DNA of 12,182 nucleotides from a virus (Duplodnaviria; Heunggongvirae; Uroviricota; Caudoviricetes): IMG/VR virus record IMGVR_UViG_2526164690_000021; one strand, 5' to 3'. Shown piece by piece: positions 6,627 to 12,182 of this stretch (position 1 is its first letter; each line of letters starts with the position of its first letter). The notes under the pieces were generated by a model. It saw only the letters and a program-made list of their open reading frames with translations, ran no database searches and was not told where the DNA came from. The position numbers and the translations under genes were made by a program.

Positions 6627-7061
6627 GTGGAGCTGGCAGAGTGGTTGATACATAAAGCTAATGCGCTGCTCTGGCGTTTGTCAGCCAGAGAACAGCGCAA
6701 GGAAACCAGAATAAAGCTGGCTGATGCAGAAGCGTGTGCCGGGCTTATTGAGGATTATACAAATCTTGGTATTTCTTCAGCAGAGAGTGATCCCATTCAG
6801 CCTCTGAGCAGGGAGTCAATCCAGCACGCTGGTTGTATGGCACATCTTGTAACTGCTCGTCAACATGAGGTGGGTATTGGATCACTTCCGGTGGGATATT
6901 CGCTGATTCCAGAGCTGGTTGAAGCAAGAAAATCAGTTCAGAAAAAGAGAGATGACGCACTTCAATTATTGAGAGAGCACTATGGCGCGATACCAGAATG
7001 CGAACAGCGTCGATACCCTGAAGGTTATGAATGGATGCAGTCTCTTTTTGAAGTTCGCTAA
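6627..7061 (+). CDS. Hypothetical protein; probable true start ATG 6553 if the A6 run at 6565-6570 is really A7 (about 170 aa)
   Basis: Frame open from 6564 to 7061 but with only a GTG start and no SD; ATG 6553 in the +1 frame would join it with one extra A. First-codon-position G enrichment (about 35%) favours this strand over the antisense ORF 6745..7201. Confidence 0.4.
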   Translation: MELAEWLIHKANALLWRLSAREQRKETRIKLADAEACAGLIEDYTNLGISSAESDPIQPLSRESIQHAGCMAHLVTARQHEVGIGSLPVGYSLIPELVEARKSVQKKRDDALQLLREHYGAIPECEQRRYPEGYEWMQSLFEVR

Positions 7062-7278
7062 TCAATATGTCGAGACGAAGGTATGTTTCGGCGCGCAGCC
7101 AGGCTCTGTAATCCGGGAGCATTTCGGGGCTGTTACACCAGCGGTTTGTTGCTGCAACATTTAATACATGAGCCTGATAAAGGCTTTTCAAAAAATACAT
7201 GTCGAACCTCCTCTGGTTCTGTCGATTGGGAACCACAGATTATATCCGGAGGAAGGTTCGGCACCAGATGAGGTAGCC

Positions 7279-7920
7279 ATGCGTGATTACGCAAAAGTTT
7301 CTCCGCGATTCTGGCTGGGAGAAACGGGGAGAGAACTTAGAAAGGCGGGTGCAGAAGCGCAAGTTGTTGCTTTTTACCTGATGACATCCCCTCACGCAAA
7401 TATGCTGGGTTTGTATTACCTGCCAGTTTTATACCTTGCTCATGAAACCGGGCTTGGTCTGGAAGGGGCTTCAAAGGGGCTTAAAAGGGCTGTTGAAGCT
7501 GGTTTTTGTAGCTATGACCATGATGCAGAGATGGTCTGGGTCCATGAAATGGCAGCCTGGCAGGTTGGGGAAACGTTGAAGCCTGGCGATAACCGTTGTG
7601 CAGGTGTCAGGAATGAGTATGCATCATTACCTGAAAACGCTTTTCTGTCAGTGTTTTACGACAGATATAAAACGGATTTCCATCTGGATGTGAGGCGGAA
7701 TAATAGCCGAAATTCGGTAAGGGGCTTCGAAGGGGCTTTTAAGGGGCTTCGAAGCCAAGAACAGGAACAGGAGCAGGAGAAAGAACAGGAACAGGACAAA
7801 AACACTATGGTTCATGGCAAAAAAACACCACGAACCAGGCAGGGGATGTTCAGACCGTCAATCCTGGTCAGCCAGCAGGCACGACACCGGAAGCCGATTC
7901 GGGCGCTGTGCAGCAGGTGA
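7279..7920 (+). CDS. Replication initiator (O-like / YdaU-like), N-terminal part with low-complexity EQ-rich linker
   Basis: ATG 7279 with GAGG 5 nt upstream, MRDYAKVSPRFWLGETG...; the track ORF starts at ATG 7168 without SD. Contains iteron-like repeats; reading frame continues into 7908..8369 if the A7 run at 7819-7825 is A8. Confidence 0.6.
   Translation: MRDYAKVSPRFWLGETGRELRKAGAEAQVVAFYLMTSPHANMLGLYYLPVLYLAHETGLGLEGASKGLKRAVEAGFCSYDHDAEMVWVHEMAAWQVGETLKPGDNRCAGVRNEYASLPENAFLSVFYDRYKTDFHLDVRRNNSRNSVRGFEGAFKGLRSQEQEQEQEKEQEQDKNTMVHGKKTPRTRQGMFRPSILVSQQARHRKPIRALCSR
7463..7492 (+). repeat. Iteron-like direct repeats (AAGGGGCTT x2 plus a degenerate third copy, 11-bp phasing)
   Basis: AAGGGGCTT at 7463-7471 and 7474-7482, AAAGGGCTG at 7484-7492. 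Confidence 0.4.
7719..7749 (+). repeat. Iteron-like direct repeats (AAGGGGCTT x3, 11-bp phasing); candidate ori
   Basis: Exact 9-mers at 7719-7727, 7730-7738 and 7741-7749, followed directly by a purine-rich tract. Confidence 0.45.
7759..7800 (+). repeat. Imperfect hexanucleotide tandem repeat (GAACAG)n, 7 units, encoding EQEQEQEKEQEQDK
   Basis: Units GAACAG GAACAG GAGCAG GAGAAA GAACAG GAACAG GACAAA read directly from the sequence. Confidence 0.7.
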
Positions 7921-8369
7921 TGACCGCAGGGTCGGAGCAATCACACCAACTGCAGCAGCCTGAAGCCGATTCCGCCATTCAGCGGGAAGCCGATCGGGTA
8001 GTCCCGGAAAGCACCGGGCAGTCTGTGGGACGAGTGGATTATCCGGATGTGTTCGAACAGGTCTGGCGGGAATACCCGTTGCGTGCTGGGGCAAACCCGA
8101 AGAAATCCGCTTTCAGTGCCTGGAAGGCCAGATTGCGCGAGGGGGTGCCACCAGAGACCATGCTGGATGGTGTGAGGCGTTACGCGAGATACCTGGCGGC
8201 GACCGGGAAAGCGGGAACGGAATTTGTTCAGCGAGCGACGACGTTTTTTGGGCCGGACCGGAATTTTGAAAACCCCTGGTTGCTCCCGGTAAGCGGCACG
8301 AACAACCAGCGTTGTGTGAATCATATTTCTGAACCGGATACCGAAATTCCGCCGGGATTCAGGGGGTGA
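7908..8369 (+). CDS. Replication initiator C-terminal part (probably the same gene as 7279..7920, separated by a -1 frameshift)
   Basis: Frame open from 7743; no convincing RBS for GTG 7908 or ATG 7920; stop 6 nt before the DnaC-like gene start. Confidence 0.55.
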   Translation: MQQVMTAGSEQSHQLQQPEADSAIQREADRVVPESTGQSVGRVDYPDVFEQVWREYPLRAGANPKKSAFSAWKARLREGVPPETMLDGVRRYARYLAATGKAGTEFVQRATTFFGPDRNFENPWLLPVSGTNNQRCVNHISEPDTEIPPGFRG

Positions 8370-8375
8370 TGTGGC

Positions 8376-9122
8376 ATGAAAAACATTGCGGCAGCCGGGG
8401 TTCTTGAACGTATTCGCAGACTTGCACCACAGGCGTCGGTTCCACCGTACCGGACGGTGGAGGAGTGGCGGGAATGGCAACTTGCTGAAGGACGAAAACG
8501 CAGCGAGGAGATTAACCGCCAGAATCACCAGTTGCGGGTGGAAAAAATCCTGAATCGTTCGGGCATCCAGCCTCTGCACAGCAAATGCTCGTTTGCGAAT
8601 TATCAGGTGCAGAACGACGGGCAAAAATACGCGCTGAGCCAGGCCAAATCCATAGCTGACGAACTGATGACCGGGTGCACGAATTTTGTGTTCAGCGGTA
8701 AAACCGGCACCGGGAAAAATCACCTTGCAGCGGCGATGGGTAACCGGCTGATGGCGAAGGGGCGCAGCGTGATTATCGTCACCGTGTCTGATGTCATGAG
8801 CGTGTTGCATGACAGCTACGACAACGGCAAATCCGGGGAAAAATTTTTACAGGAGCTTTGCAGTGTTGATTTGCTGGTCCTGGATGAAATAGGCGTTCAG
8901 CGGGAGACGAAAAACGAGCAGGTGGTATTACACCAGATAATTGATCGCCGGACAGCATCACTGTGCAGTGTCGGGATGTTAACAAACCTGAATCATGCCG
9001 CAATGAGTACACTTCTTGGTGAGAGGATTATGGACCGCATGACCATGAACGGTGGTCGATGGGTGACGTTTAACTGGGATAGCTGGTGTCCAAATGTCAG
9101 CAATATGAGGGTTGTGAAGTAA
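8376..9122 (+). CDS. DnaC-family replicative helicase loader (P analog, YdaV-like; 248 aa)
   Basis: Walker A GKTGTGKNHLA, Walker B LLVLDEIG; lies immediately downstream of the initiator, as in the lambda O-P pair. Confidence 0.9.
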   Translation: MKNIAAAGVLERIRRLAPQASVPPYRTVEEWREWQLAEGRKRSEEINRQNHQLRVEKILNRSGIQPLHSKCSFANYQVQNDGQKYALSQAKSIADELMTGCTNFVFSGKTGTGKNHLAAAMGNRLMAKGRSVIIVTVSDVMSVLHDSYDNGKSGEKFLQELCSVDLLVLDEIGVQRETKNEQVVLHQIIDRRTASLCSVGMLTNLNHAAMSTLLGERIMDRMTMNGGRWVTFNWDSWCPNVSNMRVVK

Positions 9123-9143
9123 TTTTGTCCGGAGGAAATTTTA

Positions 9144-9914
9144 ATGGAAACCGTATCTGACGCACTGAAAGCACTGAAAAAAGCCTCTTCACATGTGGTG
9201 GCAGCTCGCCTTGGAATCAGTCGTGAAGAGGCTGTCAACGAGCTGTGGGAACTCAAAATAAATGGCGTCGTTGATAAAACTGGTCACACCTGGTTTCTGG
9301 CTGGCGAAGGTGAATCCCGGGTAACCGAAGAGCGGCCAGTAAAATCTGAAGCACAGGATATGCTGACCGGGGAGGTCGAACAAAAAGTTACCGCAGACAT
9401 GATGATTGAGTTTATCGGTCAGGATGGGGCTAAAACGTGTGAGGAACTGGCGGGTAAGTTCGGTGTCAGTACTCGCAAGGTTGCTTCCACGCTGGCGGTG
9501 GTAACCGCAACGGGGCGGCTGGCACGCGTTAATCAGAACGGTAAATTTCGTTACTGCATGCCGGGCGATAATTTACCAGCAGAGCCGAAAGCCGCGCTGG
9601 TAACGGAAAGTGATGGTAAGGCCTTTCCTCAGCCAGCAGGTGCTGCGTTACCAGTCCGGGAAGCCGCAACACAGGAAGAAATTAAAACAGAAACTGTGGC
9701 GGACATTGTGCAGCCGTTGCCATCGTTTACCGAAACGCAAGCAGATGAGCTGATTTTTCCGTCCCTTCGCAGGGCAAACCTGGCGCTGCGCAGGGCGAAA
9801 AGTGATGTTCAGAAGTGGGAGCGAGTCTGCGCCGCGCTGCGGGAGCTGAACAAGCACCGGGATATTGTTCGACAGATTACTGATTCTTCCCGCCGTGTTG
9901 TATCGGAAAAGTGA
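9144..9914 (+). CDS. Hypothetical protein with two tandem winged-helix-like modules (256 aa)
   Basis: ATG 9144 with GGAGG (9131-9135); internal duplication VVAARLGISREEAVNELWELKINGVVDKTGHTWFL and CEELAGKFGVSTRKVASTLAVVTATGRLARVNQNGKFRYCM. Confidence 0.7.
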   Translation: METVSDALKALKKASSHVVAARLGISREEAVNELWELKINGVVDKTGHTWFLAGEGESRVTEERPVKSEAQDMLTGEVEQKVTADMMIEFIGQDGAKTCEELAGKFGVSTRKVASTLAVVTATGRLARVNQNGKFRYCMPGDNLPAEPKAALVTESDGKAFPQPAGAALPVREAATQEEIKTETVADIVQPLPSFTETQADELIFPSLRRANLALRRAKSDVQKWERVCAALRELNKHRDIVRQITDSSRRVVSEK

Positions 9915-9929
9915 TTGCCGGAGGCGCTT

Positions 9930-10343
9930 ATGGCAAAAGTATTTACACAGGAAGAGCGGGAAAAAATTAAAGGGCAGGTTGTTGAGCTAGTACGCCGGAG
10001 TGGGCGCGAGACGTTACGGCAACTGGAAGCCAAGACAGGTGCGACAAGATATCTGATGAGCGTTCTTGCCAGAGAGCTGGTTGCCAGTGGCGATGTATAC
10101 AACTCTGGTTACGGGTTATTCCCATCTGAACAGGCTCGTAAGGACTGGCAAAACGCCCGCAAAAAACTATCGAGGGCAAAACTGAAGAAACCGGTTGTGG
10201 TTGATCCTGACCTTATCTGGTCATTACCAGACGGAGAAATACGCCGCTATGACAGGCAATTGAACATAATTTGTAGTGAGTGCCGTAACAGTGAAGTGAT
10301 GCAGCGAGTTTTGATATTTTACACAGGAGTAATGATGGAATAG
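9930..10343 (+). CDS. Hypothetical protein (138 aa) with an N-terminal HTH-like segment
   Basis: ATG 9930 with GGAGG (9920-9924) 5 nt upstream; the track ORF begins at an upstream TTG 9915; last gene before the GC drop. Confidence 0.65.
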   Translation: MAKVFTQEEREKIKGQVVELVRRSGRETLRQLEAKTGATRYLMSVLARELVASGDVYNSGYGLFPSEQARKDWQNARKKLSRAKLKKPVVVDPDLIWSLPDGEIRRYDRQLNIICSECRNSEVMQRVLIFYTGVMME

Positions 10344-10693
10344 TGAAAATAACATGAAACCTTTGGATTCTGGTGTTTCAGTGGATGGGAAAAGAGCAGA
10401 TACATAGAAAATGAATAGCAATAATTCACAGTCTGGATGTTGTTTGTATGCTTATAAAATGATCCTAGTATGCATTGCCGGAGTTGAATCAGCTCCAATG
10501 AAGAAACTGAGAGGAGTATTTAGAAGATAGCTAAATGGATGTAATTATTAGTATCTAAAAATAGTATTTTTGAAATGGGTCTAAGAACACAACAATGTAC
10601 AAATGAGAAGTTATCTTTTAATATGTTCAAAGACCCATTAGGATTGATATCAGTTATGTTAGCTAGATTGATAAAGTGATTACATATTTTCTG

Positions 10694-11466
10694 TTATATG
10701 CTGAAATGAATAATGCTATTCCAGAGTGCAGCAGAGAAAGTCTCCTGATGATTGAGCTCTGGAAATTGTACAATAGAAAAATTACTGTATTTTTCTGTCA
10801 AAATATTTCTCAAAACAGATTCCGCTTTGATGGCTTCAGGATATAAAGATGCGGAGTAATCAAGGCTAAGATTTCCGTTAAGCAAGCATATACTTTTAGT
10901 GTGCTTTGATTCTGATATATCATCTTTAATTATCTTGATGATTCTTTCATTCTGCCATAGAAGTGATGGTGCAGATATATAATAATAGTTAAAGCATGAA
11001 TTATTTTTTAAGCAATCAAGCACAAAAATAGCACCTAGCGAGTGCCCCCATATACCGATTCTGGAACTGTTCGGAGCAATAGTACTAACCCATGGCATGA
11101 TCTGAGTTAGTAATAATTCTCGGAAAGACTGGCTTCCTCCACCAGTAAAGTAGATCCATGCTGGTTTAGAGTTATCAACAATAGCATTTTCACCATCAGG
11201 AGTATAATCGTAAGCACGGCGATGAATGCTAAGGTTATTCCAAGATTCATAACCAAGTGTAACTAACACTGGTGGATTGGGTAGTGCATCAATAACAGGC
11301 AGAATATCAGAAATGTAATTGTTGGCACTATTCCCATCAAGTATATAAAGAGTTGCATTATTTTTTTAATGTTTTTTGGAGTAAAAATACATATTTTATA
11401 TTTGGTGTCATGGTTAATTGAGTTAAATATGCGTGTTTGACAATGAATGTCCATATGTTTAGTCAT
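10694..11466 (-). pseudogene. Alpha/beta-hydrolase esterase, IroE/Fes-type (PF00756-like), disrupted by a -1 frameshift in an A7 tract
   Basis: ATG 11466 frame (MTKHMDIHCQTRIF...CIFTPKNIKK) shifts at T7 11361-11367 into the frame carrying LYILDGNS, AYDYTP, nucleophile elbow GHSLGA and SAPSLLW; A8 would give about 256 aa intact. Low GC (about 30-35%). Confidence 0.7.
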
Positions 11467-11547
11467 GCGTTCTCCCCATGAGCATTAAAGGATGCTTAAG
11501 ACTGATGAATCCCCTAATGATTTTGGTAAAAATCATTAAGTTAAGGT

Positions 11548-11616
11548 GGATACACATCTTGTCATATGATCAAATGGTTTCGCGAAAAATCAATAATCAG
11601 ACAACAAGATGTGCGA
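11548..11616 (-). ncRNA. IS10 RNA-OUT antisense RNA (approximate bounds)
   Basis: Placed from recalled IS10 coordinates (RNA-OUT about bp 115 to 47 of the element, antisense to the tnp start); not derived independently from the sequence. Confidence 0.4.
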
Positions 11617-12182
11617 ACTCGATATTTTACACGACTCTCTTTACCAATTCTGCCCCGAATTACACTTAAAACGACTCAACAGCTTAACGTTGGCTTGCCA
11701 CGCATTACTTGACTGTAAAACTCTCACTCTTACCGAACTTGGCCGTAACCTGCCAACCAAAGCGAGAACAAAACATAACATCAAACGAATCGACCGATTG
11801 TTAGGTAATCGTCACCTCCACAAAGAGCGACTCGCTGTATACCGTTGGCATGCTAGCTTTATCTGTTCGGGCAATACGATGCCCATTGTACTTGTTGACT
11901 GGTCTGATATTCGTGAGCAAAAACGACTTATGGTATTGCGAGCTTCAGTCGCACTACACGGTCGTTCTGTTACTCTTTATGAGAAAGCGTTCCCGCTTTC
12001 AGAGCAATGTTCAAAGAAAGCTCATGACCAATTTCTAGCCGACCTTGCGAGCATTCTACCGAGTAACACCACACCGCTCATTGTCAGTGATGCTGGCTTT
12101 AAAGTGCCATGGTATAAATCCGTTGAGAAGCTGGGTTGGTACTGGTTAAGTCGAGTAAGAGGAAAAGTACAATATGCAGACC
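11609..12182 (+). CDS. IS10 transposase, N-terminal 191 codons (3' partial)
   Basis: Translation MCELDILHDSLYQFCPELHLKRLNSLTLACHALLDCKTLTLTELGRNLPTKARTKHNIKRIDRLLGNRHLHKERLAVYRWHASFICSGNTMPIVLVDWSDIREQ... with no stop to the window end. Confidence 0.9.
   Translation, partial: MCELDILHDSLYQFCPELHLKRLNSLTLACHALLDCKTLTLTELGRNLPTKARTKHNIKRIDRLLGNRHLHKERLAVYRWHASFICSGNTMPIVLVDWSDIREQKRLMVLRASVALHGRSVTLYEKAFPLSEQCSKKAHDQFLADLASILPSNTTPLIVSDAGFKVPWYKSVEKLGWYWLSRVRGKVQYAD

Larger units (their letters stand above)
11502..12182 (+). mobile_element. IS10 (IS4 family), outside end and first 681 bp; element continues beyond the window
   Basis: Terminus CTGATGAATCCCCTAATGATTTTGGTAAAAATCATTAAG at 11502 matches the IS10 outside end as I recall it; GATC at 11568-11571 in the pIN region; transposase ATG at element bp 108. 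Confidence 0.9.

Noticed and set aside
6982-7271. ORFs 6982..7164 (+) and 7083..7271 (+), and ATG 7168 as the initiator start
   Set aside because: No RBS; the conserved-looking initiator N-terminus begins at ATG 7279, which has GAGG 5 nt upstream.
7858-8810. ORFs 7858..8094 (-) and 7941..8810 (-, 289 aa)
   Set aside because: Antisense to the GC-rich initiator and DnaC-like genes; Arg/Pro-rich junk translation typical of shadow ORFs.
8794-10421. ORFs 8794..9012, 8993..9256, 9189..9383, 9648..9857, 9809..10102, 9967..10179, 10224..10421 (all minus)
   Set aside because: Antisense shadows of the well-supported plus-strand genes 8376..9122, 9144..9914 and 9930..10343.
10412-10531. 39-aa Cys-containing plus-strand small ORF in the AT-rich spacer
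   Set aside because: No convincing RBS and AT-rich sequence yields short ORFs by chance; kept only as a note.
11478-12038. ORFs 11478..11669 (+) and 11850..12038 (+)
   Set aside because: Lie in wrong frames across the IS10 end and transposase gene; the true transposase frame starts at 11609 and has no stop in the window.
1-12182. tRNA, rRNA or CRISPR array
   Set aside because: No cloverleaf-compatible segment with a T-loop GTTCRANYC motif, no rRNA-like conserved blocks, and no regularly spaced direct repeats with unique spacers were found on reading the sequence.

Overview
This window reads as the early/immunity region of a Rac-like lambdoid prophage from an enterobacterium, followed by a low-GC cargo island and the outer end of IS10. 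Leftward (minus strand): a large exonuclease ORF (>=821 aa, runs off the window start) with DEDDh 3'-5' exonuclease motifs, two small genes upstream of it, a YdaF/YdaG-like small-gene operon, and a repressor-antitoxin-toxin operon (Cro/CI-type HTH repressor, PaaA2-like antitoxin, ParE-like toxin) ending in an intrinsic terminator. Rightward (plus strand): YdaS-like and YdaT-like genes, a hypothetical gene, a replication initiator containing iteron-like repeats, a DnaC-family helicase loader and two winged-helix-like proteins. The repressor is flanked by two near-identical, oppositely oriented promoter-operator modules (AAAACTGT-N9-ACAGTTTT over a -35/-10), i.e. a lambda-like OL/PL and OR/PR switch. 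From about 10344 the GC content drops sharply: an IroE/Fes-type esterase gene lies there, with the IS10 outside end 35 bp upstream of its start and the transposase 5' part running to the window end. Four genes carry a -1 frameshift at an A/T homopolymer of 6-7 nt, which points to homopolymer sequencing error as much as to real decay. All protein names are family-level recognition from reading translations; no database search was run. No tRNA, rRNA or CRISPR array was seen.
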